Assembly: GCA_002633005.1 (NCBI GenBank) | Contig: NMRA01000110.1 | Span: forward strand, 556,623-620,622 | Length of the DNA: 64,000 nucleotides | Reading direction: 5' to 3' | Source of the DNA: Phoronis australis | Taxonomy: Eukaryota > Animalia > Phoronida | Shown here: positions 53,601 through 64,000 of the stretch, one piece after another | How positions within the stretch are numbered: the first letter of the stretch is position 1 | Layout: every line of letters begins with the position of its first letter | The notes under the pieces: generated by a model | The model's input: only the letters and a program-made list of their open reading frames with translations | Told to the model about the DNA's origin: nothing | The model's database searches: none | Translations under genes and position numbers: made by a program

Positions 53601-56600
53601 CAATAAGAAAGTTTGTCTGTCCTTTGTGCCGAGATTCTCTGATAGCCAGTGTACCAGTACACTCTATCACAGTGCTAAACTTTGCAGTATAGATGGCGCT
53701 GTGTCAGAGGGTAGTGTACCAGCAGAGAGCTTTCTCTGTTGTCTCGCTGGTTCCCTGCGTGCCGCTAGGTGGGGCGGTAGCCGCGCCAGCACGCAGGTAT
53801 CACTTAAATTTCCTCTGTAAATTTTTTTACACCGGCGTTTCTGATTGGCTAGTCGATTCGTCAACAGGCAGCGCTTTGCGCAAACAAACTGGCATATGGC
53901 TGATGGACTGAAGTGTAAATGTGGTCTGTTGTACAGACAAATCGGTGCTTAAAATTTATGTTCAGGAAATGTGAAGCCTAGAAATTGTGACTGAGCCTTT
54001 TCGGAATGCATCTTTCTACAGTCGATGACTTTTGTTTACGATAATGTCCTTATACACTATGAATAACACACCGGTTAAATCGGCCACATAATGTGTGTTT
54101 ATTGTGCATGTATGTGTTTCAAGCACGCGGCTATTAAACATCACTGCAGAAACGAAATAGTTGCTGCGACGCCACTTGCATGACAAGGCTAAAAATCGTT
54201 CACAGTCCGCCATTTTTTCAAGGTGTTGTAAAGCTAACCAATGACTGCCAAGATTACATCGACCAATGCTAAAGCGCGTGCCACAGCGTGATACCTGCGT
54301 GCTGGCTGGGCTAAGCACGCAGGGAACCAGCGAGTCTCTGTTGTCACGTGCTCGCTTCTGTGTACGTGACGTAAGAAGGCCAAGAATTTTTTATAGGAGG
54401 CCTCTAAACAAATGTTGGAAGTATTGTCTGGAGAAAATCGCGTATTTCTGCTCAACTCACGCTTCATTGTCGCCGATTGTGTCAAATTTTACAGAAGCAC
54501 TATTTCACAAAACCCTATAAATTTATACGGGCGCATTCGAACTACACGCCGTATTCACTTTAAAATGTCAAACGTGAAGTGTGTAATTTACTCGCCGATC
54601 ACAATTTTCCGTTTTTGTAAAAAGATTAGTAACTTGACTATGTTGTTTCAGAGAACGGAGTCTGTGCCCATGAGCATAATGTTGGGGGATTCAGCTCAGA
54701 TGCAGTTTTTGCAGAATATTGTACGCACGTTAAACGCCAAGAAAACCCTCGACATTGGTAAGGCGCTCTTTTTGACTTGGGACACTTCAGGCGAAATAAA
54801 AAATTGAATGCCAGTTTAATAAAATCCGTTTTCTGAAAGCAGTTTTAAGGCGTTTATAGTTAGAAATGTTTCCTTTCAGTGAAAGTAATCTCTGGCCGGA
54901 AAGAGCGTGTAAGAATACTGTACATTTTCTACAACTTTATACGTCAACAGAAAGTTCCTCCAAAATAGTTCTCAAGCTGCATTTTTCATGAACTCATTTT
55001 TTTCATCAAAGTCACCATCTCGGTTATCTGCGGTAACACTTTGAAAAACGTTCGGCTTTCACCAGTAGTCTTGTCGGCTAAGCCACGAATTACGTGGCCT
55101 GTGCGCCTTCGGGCATTCCCGCAACGTGAAGTTTGCCAGAATGTTACCAACGGAAACGTACTGAGACATTCATAATTAGGCACATGATATGACATTGATT
55201 TTTCTGTAACTGACGCCTTGGAATGCTTCCCCAAGAAAAGTTACTACTAAGTGCTATTACTTTCTAAACGGTTATTACTAACGTTGGTGTACATGGTGTT
55301 GTTACGTCCATTCCACGACAAACAGGGACTTGTTTTATTCTGACTGATCTCGGACTCGACTTGAAAATTAACCAATCCCGGATTCCCTCCGTATGAATCC
55401 ACTTATTCTCGTGTAGGAGTGTACACCGGCTACAGCGCCTTGTCCATAGCCATGGTCCTCCCCGATGATGGCAAAGTTGTGGCTTTAGACGTCAGCGAAG
55501 AGTATGCAAGTGTTGGGAAGCCTTTCTGGAAGGAAGCTGGCGTCGAACACAAGATTGATCTTCGTATCAAGCCTGCCTTGGAAAGTTTGCGTAAGTTTTT
55601 GTAAACTTCTTACACAGTTACTGAATGTGCAGGTGCTCCTCATCCTGTCTCTATCAAAATTACGTTTAAATTAGACTGTCAGGTGAGGAAAATGCTGCCT
55701 TTTTACTTTTCTGCTAAAGTGACTGCGTTTAGAAAGAGGTTGCTCTGAAAAAAAAAACGTGGTGAAGCTTTTTCGTTAACTTGAATTTGCCTCCCACAGT
55801 GTCGTCATTCAACCATATTGCAAAAGGAAGGTTGGATGTTACAACAGAAATCTGAATGTGCTTTTTTGACAAGTGAACAACTTAAGTATCTTAACGTTCT
55901 TTCAAAAGCCAAAAATTGAGAAATATTCTCATCTTGGTCACGTTTTGTATATGTTCCAAGCTCGTAAACGATTCCGAAAGAGCCCCTTTGTGAGCTTTTT
56001 GAACCTTGTTTCCGAAGACCCCGGTGGGGCGTTATATTTGTAAGGGCCTTTCACTCTTTGGTTGGAATTAAATTTGACCATGCTTCGGTTGTGGTTGGAA
56101 TATTCCAGAGAAAGAAATACTAAGATATTACGTCTGGTGATAAATAAGTCTAAACTTTTGTGTTGCAAAAAGTTTAAGCAAGTGAAAGTTTCGCAGAACG
56201 TTTCATTAGATCGTTTCACATTTCTTTATTTTACACAGAAGAGTTAGTGGACAACGGGGAAAGCGGCACCTTCGACTACGCTTTCATTGACGCTGATAAG
56301 TTGGGCTACGACGCTTACTACGAACACTGTTTGAAGTTGTTGAGGCCAGGTGGCGTGATTGCGTTGGATAATGTTAGTGTTTGGTTTTGTTGATACAACA
56401 TGTAACGATAGCACGGTGCACTATATTTCGAGAGTTTTTGATTTTATAAAACGTTTTACGGAAATGGGAACGCGCGACGCCTTTCGGGTAATGACTATTA
56501 CGTCGGCTGTCCACAGCAGTGCTCACCGTACAGGTAGTCGTGACGGGTGATGGGGGGCGTTCTTGAATTAGAACACCTGCCTCCCGTTCAGTAACGCTAG

Positions 56601-59600
56601 AACCTCGCTAAAAAGCAAGACTTCGCGAGATTACGTGAGAGATTGCCGTGTATTTTAAACGAGAACACGTGACCTTGACTAGATTTTAGNGGGGGTGCTC
56701 ATTTGGTGAAGTGGACAAAAAGGTTCGTCTTAGAGAAACAAACACTGTGAAAAAAAGCAGAAAACGAGACAAAAGTCCATTAAAAAGGCAGGAACTACCA
56801 AAATTCGGCGAATACACAGTTCATAGCTCTGGATGCACCCGTGCTGTAAAAGACCAACATTCTCAAAAATTCGAGACCCCCAGTTTTGGCTGGATACGCG
56901 CATGTTGAATTTCATATTGTAGTAGCAAAGAACGATGTCTGGTGGTAGGCCAATAAGAAAGTTTGTCTGTCCTTTGTGCCGAGATTCTCTGATAGCCAGT
57001 GTACCAGTACACTCTATCGCAGTGCTAAACTTTGCAGTATAGGTGGCGCTGTGTCAGAGGGTAGTGTACCAGCAGAGAGCTTTCTCTGGTGTCACGTGAT
57101 CGCTTCTGTGTACGTGACGTAAGAAGGCCAAGAATTTTTGATAGGAAGCCTCTAAACAAATGTTGGAAGTATTGTCTGGAGAAAATCGCGTATTTCTGCT
57201 CGACTCACGCTTCATTGTCGCCGATTGTATCAAATTTTACAGAAGCACTATTTCACAAAACCCTGTAAATTTATACTGGCGCATTCGAACTACACGCCGT
57301 ACTCACTGTAAAATGTCAAACGTGAAGTGTGTAATTTACTCGCCGATCACAATTTTCCGTTTTTGTAACAAGATTAGTAACTGGACTATGTTATTGATTG
57401 TTTCAGAGAACGGAGTCTGTGCCCATGAGCATAATGTTGGGGGATTCAGCTCAGATGCAGTTTTTGCAGAATATTGTACGCACGTTAAACGCCAAGAAAA
57501 CCCTCGACATTGGTAAGGCGCTCTTTTTGACTTGGAACACTTCAGGCGAAATAAAAAATTGAATGCCAGTTTAATAAAATCCGTTTTCTGAAAGCAGTTT
57601 TAAGGCGTTCATAGATAGAAATGTTTCCTTTCAGCTGAAGTAATCTCTGCCGTGAAAGAGCGTGTAAGAATACTGTACATTTTCTACAACTTTATACGCC
57701 AGCAGAAAGTTCCTCCAAAATAGTTCTCAAGCTGCATTTTTCATCAACTCATTTTTTCATCAAAGTCACCATCTCGGTTATCTGCGGTAACACTTTGAAA
57801 AACGTTCGGCTTTCACCAGACGTCTTGTCGGCTAGGCCACGAATTACGTGGCCTGTGCGCCTTCGGGCATTCCCGCAACGTGAAGTTTGCCAGAATGTTA
57901 CCAACGGAAACGTACAGAGACATTCATAATTAGGCACATGATGTGACGTTGATTTTTTCTGTAACTGACGCCTTGGAATGCTTCCCCAAGAAAAGTTACT
58001 TCGCTTCAATTGTGCTATTACTCTCTAAACGGTTATTACTAACGTTGGTGTACATGGTGTTGTCACGTCCATTCCATGACAAACAGGGACTTGTTTTATT
58101 CAGAATGATCTCGGACTCGACTTGAAAATTAACCAATCCCGGATTCCCTCTGCATGAATCGATACAGAATCCACCTATTCTCGTCTAGGAGTGTACACCG
58201 GCTACAGCGCCTTGTCCATAGCCATGGTCCTCCCCGATGATGGCAAAGTTGTGGCTTTAGACGTCAGCGAAGAGTATGCAAGTGTTGGGAAGCCTTTCTG
58301 GAAGGAAGCTGGCGTCGAACACAAGATTGATCTTCGTATCAAGCCTGCCTTGGAAAGTTTGCGTAAGTTTTTTTAGCTTCTTCTACAGGTACTGAATGTT
58401 CACGTGCTCCTCAGCCTGTCTCCATCAAAGTCACAATTAGACTGTCAGGTGAGGAAAATGCTGCCATTTTACTTTTTTTGCCAAAGTGACTGCGTTTAGA
58501 AAGAGGTTGCTCTGAAAAAAAAACTTGGTGAGGCTTTTTCGTTAACTTGAATTTGCCGCCCACAGTGTCGTCATTCAGCCATATTGCAAAAGGAAGGTTT
58601 CACTTTGTCGTCAGCTTGGATGTTACAACAGAAATCTGAATGTGCTTTTTTGACAAGGGAACAACTTAAAGTATGTTAACGTTCTTTCAAAAGCCAAAAA
58701 TTGAGAAACATTCTCATCTTGGTCACCTTTTGTATATATTCCAAGCTCGTAAACGATGCCCAAAGAGCCCCTTTGTGAGCTTTTTGAACCTTGTTTCCGA
58801 AGACCCCGGTGGGGCGTTATATTTGTGAGGGCCTTTCACTTTTTCGTTGGAATTAAATTTGACCATGCATCGGTTGTGGTTGGAATATTCTAGAGAAAGA
58901 AATACTAAGATATTACGTCTGGTGATAAATAAGTCTAAACTTTTGTGTTGCAAAAAGTTTAAGCAAGTGAAAGTTTCGCAGAATGTTTCATTAGATTGTT
59001 TCACATTTCTTTATTTTACACAGAAGAGTTAGTGGACAACGGGGAAAGCGGCACCTTCGACTACGCTTTCATTGACGCTGATAAGTTGGGCTACGACGCT
59101 TACTACGAACACTGTTTGAAGTTGTTGCGGCCAGGTGGCGTGATTGCGTTGGATAATGTTAGTGTTTGGTTTTGTTGATACAACATGTAACGATAGCACG
59201 GTGCAATATATTTCGAGAGTTTTTGATTTTAAAAACGTTGTTTACGGAAATGGGAACGCGCGACGCCTTTCGGGTAATGACTGTTACGTTGGCTGTCCAC
59301 AACAGTGCTCACCGTACAGGTAGTCATGACGGGTGATGTGGGGCACGTTCTTGAATTAGAACACCTGCCTCCCGTTCAGTAACGCTAGAACCTCGCTAAA
59401 AAGCAAGACTTCGCGAGATTACGTGAGATATTGCCGTGTATTTTAAACGATAACACGTGACCTTGACTAGATTTTAACTAGGTCGTAGCGTAGGTCCTAG
59501 CGTCTACTGAACGCACGCCTGGCCTGTTATCTAGGCAGTCTCCCTGGGTAAGGGCAACCGGAGATGTCAGAATGAGCGCTTGTTAATCGCCACGAATGGA

Positions 59601-60117
59601 TATAGGTTTTCTTATTACCTGAAATGGTAAAGGAAACTAAGTCGCCAGGGGTCGTTGTGGATGGTCAGTCTTGCTAACTGCCTTTATGTTGCCTCTGACA
59701 TTACAATTGCAGTTTATTTTATATTCTGGATGAAAAATCGCATGGATTCAGTTTCTAAATATTAAATGTTGGGTTCCTGTCATTCGAGTTCTGAATTCTG
59801 AGATTTTTTTAATAGTAGCCCCTGGGTGAATTGACTTTGGGCTGGGCTTTGTTCAGTGTTCAGGAAAATGAACGACTCTGTGTGACCCGGCTTGAAATGA
59901 CGGTTTAAATCTTAAACTTAAACTACGCGAAACGTGCACACTATCAATATTCTTTTTGCAGATGTTCCGATTTGGTAAATCTATGGACCCTAAAAACCAC
60001 AATGACCCGGGTACCGTAGCACTGCGCACCCTGGCGGACAAACTGCACAAGGACGACAGGGTCTTCGTCAGCATGCTCGTCTTAGGAGACGGTACATCTC
60101 TTGCCTTCAAGAAATGA
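50680..60117 (+). CDS. SAM/Mg-dependent O-methyltransferase (caffeoyl-CoA OMT / COMTD1-like, Methyltransf_3), 5 exons, 236 aa
   Basis: Exons 50680-50820, 54652-54757, 55417-55590, 56239-56372 and 59962-60117 sum to 711 nt in frame. Exons 2-4 are duplicated at 57407-57512, 58189-58362 and 59024-59157. Motifs [50 protein letters not shown] at 60372. Confidence 0.92.
51554..53059 (-). mobile_element. Internally deleted Kolobok-like DNA transposon with a THAP-transposase remnant, in OMT intron 1
   Basis: ~160-bp imperfect TIRs (aggcgaaggcaac... / ...gttgccttcgcct), TTAA TSD (51550-53, 53060-63) and RR..YY termini. The frameshifted reading from 52793 gives [10 protein letters not shown]...LHRFP...W...RVSGKH...LKKGAIP, then KFIV and WEC..GH. 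Confidence 0.8.
53658..53713. mobile_element. 56-bp micro-MITE with 9-bp TSD
   Basis: TIR tacactctatcacagtgc / gcgctgtgtcagagggta; TSD gtgtaccag (53649-57, 53714-22). Also present in the second copy (~57008-57063). Confidence 0.65.
53743..54334. mobile_element. 592-bp non-autonomous DNA transposon with 10-bp TSD, absent from the duplicate segment
   Basis: Perfect 20-bp TIR ctcgctggttccctgcgtgc; TSD tctctgttgt (53733-42, 54335-44); empty site at ~57083-57092. Confidence 0.88.
56691..59476 (+). repeat. Near-identical direct duplicate of ~53340-56688 (OMT exons 2-4), joined at an N next to poly-G
   Basis: Both copies begin at a G-run followed by ctcatttggtgaagtggac and end at ccttgactagatttta. 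N at 56690. Confidence 0.93.
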
Positions 60118-60710
60118 AGCACGGCATTGATAATTGGAACTCAGAAGCTCGACTGGTCCTTAATTTCCTGGGACACGTTTAAATTTTATTGACTTGCAGC
60201 AAATTTGGTGAAATCTTTCACTAACTTGGAAAGACTTGTGTTGCGGAACCTTGCGCCTTGATAATGAGGTGTATAAAAATTGAGTGCGCATGTTTTGCCA
60301 CGAACTTCCTCGTTTTCGTGGTGAACTATGTTTTGCCTGTCTATCAAGGCTTTGTGTGTGTTCACACGTTCAATAAATGACTAGCGGCAAGTCTTCGTTT
60401 AAGTACAAACTGTCTTTGTTTTTTATAATCCTATTTCCACTACGACCACGAAACTTGGGAATTGCCCGGACTTGATGAATTTTAAAGTTTGTGATAATAT
60501 GCGGATTTCTGCAAAATTGATGGTCCATTTTCTGACGCTGTAGGAAACACGATACCGTCGAATTGCACGAATACTTTAAAGAATTTATAATTCGACTGTA
60601 AATACTGTATAAATGTTAAGAAACAGGAACCAGCTAAAATATACCACGAAGTGCGGTGCGCACTGTGAGGCGCAAGGACGATTTGCCAATTTATATATTT
60701 TGAATACGCA

Positions 60711-61017
60711 CAAGGAACGCGTTGACAATTTGAATTTACTGGCGATTTGTTATGATTTTGCAAGGAACGCGTTGACAATTTGAATTTACTGGCGATTTGT
60801 TATGATTTTGCAAGGAACGCGTTGACAATTTGAATTTACTGGCGATTTGTTATGATTTTGCAAGGAACGCGTTGACAATTTGAATTTACTGGCGATTTGT
60901 TATGATTTTGCAATGAAGGAACGCGTTGACAATTTGAATTTACTGGCGATTTGTTATGATTTTGCAAGGAACGCGTTGACAATTTGAATTCACTGGCGAT
61001 TTGTTATGATTTTGCAA
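60711..61017. repeat. 50-bp tandem repeat, 6 copies
   Basis: Unit caaggaacgcgttgacaatttgaatttactggcgatttgttatgattttg. Confidence 0.95.
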
Positions 61018-61970
61018 GTGTAAATCATAACTGCGCCCTTCAATTTTGGAAAATTCACAACCAAGGACTTCGATAAATTAATATATTTGAATTAAGCACC
61101 CCTGCAAACAGCAAATTTTAATTCGAATTACAAAAGCCTCCGGTAATCATTGATGTGTCATGGTGTTTATTTGGCGTCTAAACTAAAGGATTTCTCAAAC
61201 CTTATTCACAAAAATGACCATTTTATGTTTCACATAAGTCTAGAAAAATACTGCATCTTCATTCTCGGAGAATTTCAAATACGACTTATATACCGTGTAG
61301 CGAGAAAAAAATTAGATTTAGCAGACCTACTTAAGACCCACACAATCGCGTGAAAAATTTTCACTACTTCTCTGAGGCTGTCACTCAAATCGAATTTCCC
61401 GCTAGGCCCAAAGCAGCTTCGTGTGTTCCTTTAGTCCTTGTATTCATCGAGTCGCCATAATACTGCGTCAAGGACACGTTCATATGATAGAAAGATGCCG
61501 GAAAAAAACGAAGACAAAACGTAGCTTCCTGAGAGAGTTGTGAGTCTACGTCTTCTTGTGATAATTAAGTTAATTACGTACAGCAAATTTAGATGGCATC
61601 ACTGTTGCGCGTGAATGTTGAAATATTGAACGTGGCTTTGGAGTGTATAGGTTACGTTGACCGAAAACAAGTTTTCACCGAATAATTATCCGAAGGCCTT
61701 GACACTTTCACCCCTTACGATTTGATAGGCTTTTTCTTGGCGTCGGCAAATCGACGTAGGAACACGAGTTCTCGAAAACGCCGGGCTAGGTGGATTTCGC
61801 TGAAACTTTCCAAACTTAATATTTATTCATCAATCTCAAAAATGCTGGTGGGATTTTTGATATAGAGGCACAGTTTTTGTGTAATGTAGCAAATACGAAT
61901 GTTATTTTTTTTACAAATATGCCTTCTACGTTTTGTGAGTTGATTTGTCATAGAAACCCAAACGAAAAAA

Positions 61971-62405
61971 ATCGAACCAAAAGATTCAAAAAACCTTCTG
62001 AGTCTAGATAGATTGGGTATAAGACACGTCATTCAAATTTTGACGGGCCACTATAACCTAGCCCGACACAGACACATTACTGCGCATATGGGGAGCCAAT
62101 GTGTCCCGAGTGTGGTACGTAGAATCTCCTAAACACCTGGTAGAATCTTGCCCAGCTTTCTATAGGCGAAGGAGCAACCTACTGGATGGCACTGTTACAT
62201 GCCTACAACATATAGTGCATGACAATAAATGGAAACGTCTGTCCGTTTTCCTGAGGAGACTGGCAGACTTGAAAACTTTCTTCACGAAGAGCCGTAATTG
62301 GGCTCTCGTGCTTTTGCTCAGTTTTTTGTGCAGTGGGCCCAACCATGAGACCTGCGCAAGTCTGATGCACCGCAAATGACATCAGGCCACCTGCACTGTT
62401 TTTTT
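61971..62405 (+). mobile_element. Second, shorter and frameshifted copy of the RNase H non-LTR element
   Basis: Highly similar to ~28116-28552. 11-bp TSD aaacgaaaaaa (61960-70, 62406-16); ends cacctgcactg followed by T7. Confidence 0.88.
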
Positions 62406-63469
62406 AAACGAAAAAATAATTGAGATTTCCTAACAGCGTTTTTAGGTAACTGATGTTTTCATTTAAAAAAGGTTTCATTAAAATCGACCGAGAGTTAATT
62501 TTGCTATGAATTTACTTTTCTTAAAAATTAAATTTTTACTTAAAAGATATGAAAGAAATAATAACACACTTACATAAATATGAAACATATTTTTATATTC
62601 CCTGACGTTTTTTCTTTCAGAAAATACATACATGTTATACAACGTACGTGTTTGAACCAGCGGTTACAATATCGAGATTTGTGATATGCTAAGGTATTTA
62701 AACGAGGGCGAAGTACCGAACCTCATCTGGTGTAGTGCAGTGGGTGACCAAAAGGATTCATGCATTGGTAATGCTTATTGCTTTCATAATACCATTCCCA
62801 AATATATTGTGGCTCGCTCGAGACTTTATGTAACTTATGTGTGAAAAACCACATAGCAATATGAAGAAAAATATTTTTACTTCACGTAATTGTTTAGTTT
62901 TTAAAAACAAATATCATAGTAAGTGTTGACATGTAGAAATATTGCCCAAGAAGCTGAACCCAAAGCGATGCTATACATTCATGGTGCATGTAATTGTAGC
63001 GCGTGGTTTGTGCAGAGGATTTTGATGAGCAAGAAGGCGTCCGTATTCAACGCGACCGGCGTATTGAATGCTCAATAAATACATTCCACACAGTACGACC
63101 CGTATTTCATGACCATACTATCACGCGTATAGGATAAATACTTTCATTACTTGACAAAGCCTATTTTTTAATATACAAGTTAGAATGAAGGCCACTAAAT
63201 AAGATTTGAGATAATTACACGTAACGAGTTTGGTTGGTAAGGCGCCAATAACTATATCGTTATGTAATCTTTCAACGTAAGATCATGATTAGCCCAGCGG
63301 CTGATAAGGGCAGAACTCGTGAGGCTCGGTATTTTCCTCGTAGTGTCGAAGTTACGTTCGAAAGACGTATACACGGAACAAGTAGCCCAAGGCCCTTCTC
63401 CAGCCACTTTTAACTTGACGAAGGGGCTTCTCAAATCACGTGTCAGACTTGGTAGACCAGCGTACCATC

Positions 63470-63607
63470 ATGGCGAACGATAAACAGTCCGGGAAAGGAT
63501 TTATAAAGTACGATCTAACACGTACTTACCCGTGGCTTCATGATCTATACGAGTACGCTGAAAGACACACTCTCCGCTTGCACCCTGTTCAGGAGCAGCT
63601 CATAAAG
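63470..63607 (+). CDS. Exon 1 of a second O-methyltransferase paralog (gene continues beyond the window)
   Basis: MANDKQSGKGFIKYDLTRTYPWLHDLYEYAERHTLRLHPVQEQLIK followed by gtttgt. It aligns with exon 1 of the upstream OMT ([21 protein letters not shown], gtttgt) and has the same phase-0 donor. Confidence 0.85.
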
Positions 63608-64000
63608 GTTTGTATGTAGCCCGACATCTATTTATCGACCAGTATTGCCTACGAGTTCTGAATATGAGCTGACATGTCGTGACCTGACAGCAGATAGTGT
63701 ATTATGTCTTAATCGGACATGCTTAGAACGATGTAACGAAGCGCTGGTGAACCCAAAATTTAGTATTCAAGAAGTCCCTTGCCGGTTGAAATGAGTGGCG
63801 GTCGCCGAGGGAGGCCTTTTTGTCACGTCCTGAGGCGAATGAGTGTTTGGTGGTGAGGTTTGTTTGAAACGTATTTATAGGGTGCATGCATCCCGTAGCT
63901 TTGGCTGTGTTGAAGAGCACACGGTCAGTGCACATTTGATTCGGCGTATTGAGGCTGCTTCCTTCATCGAACTACACCACTAAACTCTTCAGCTCCACAG

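Overview
This is AT-rich eukaryotic (metazoan, probably invertebrate) genomic DNA with GT-AG introns, not a prokaryotic window; most ORF-track entries are noise or partial exons. Genes reconstructed by hand: (1) the 3' part of an uncharacterised multi-exon coiled-coil gene (+, 1-11112); (2) a single-exon SPMIP1/ATP6V1FNB-like gene (-, 14150-14713), head-to-head with (3) a complete 9-exon FBXL5 iron/oxygen sensor (+, 14923-24307, 591 aa); (4) an intronless DYRK2 kinase (-, 44552-46147); (5) a 5-exon CCoAOMT/COMTD1-like O-methyltransferase (+, 50680-60117) whose exons 2-4 appear twice across an N gap, probably an allelic assembly duplication; (6) exon 1 of a second OMT paralog (63470-63607). Introns and intergenic DNA hold many mobile elements and about ten minisatellites. 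The elements include two copies of an RNase H non-LTR retrotransposon that end in sense-strand poly(T), two Helentron/HINE-type elements carrying arrays of CTCF-like motifs, a decayed Kolobok with a THAP remnant, and several MITEs, one of them polymorphic between the duplicated segments. No RNA genes or CRISPR arrays are supported. All coordinates were read by eye, and family assignments come from recalled motifs rather than database searches.
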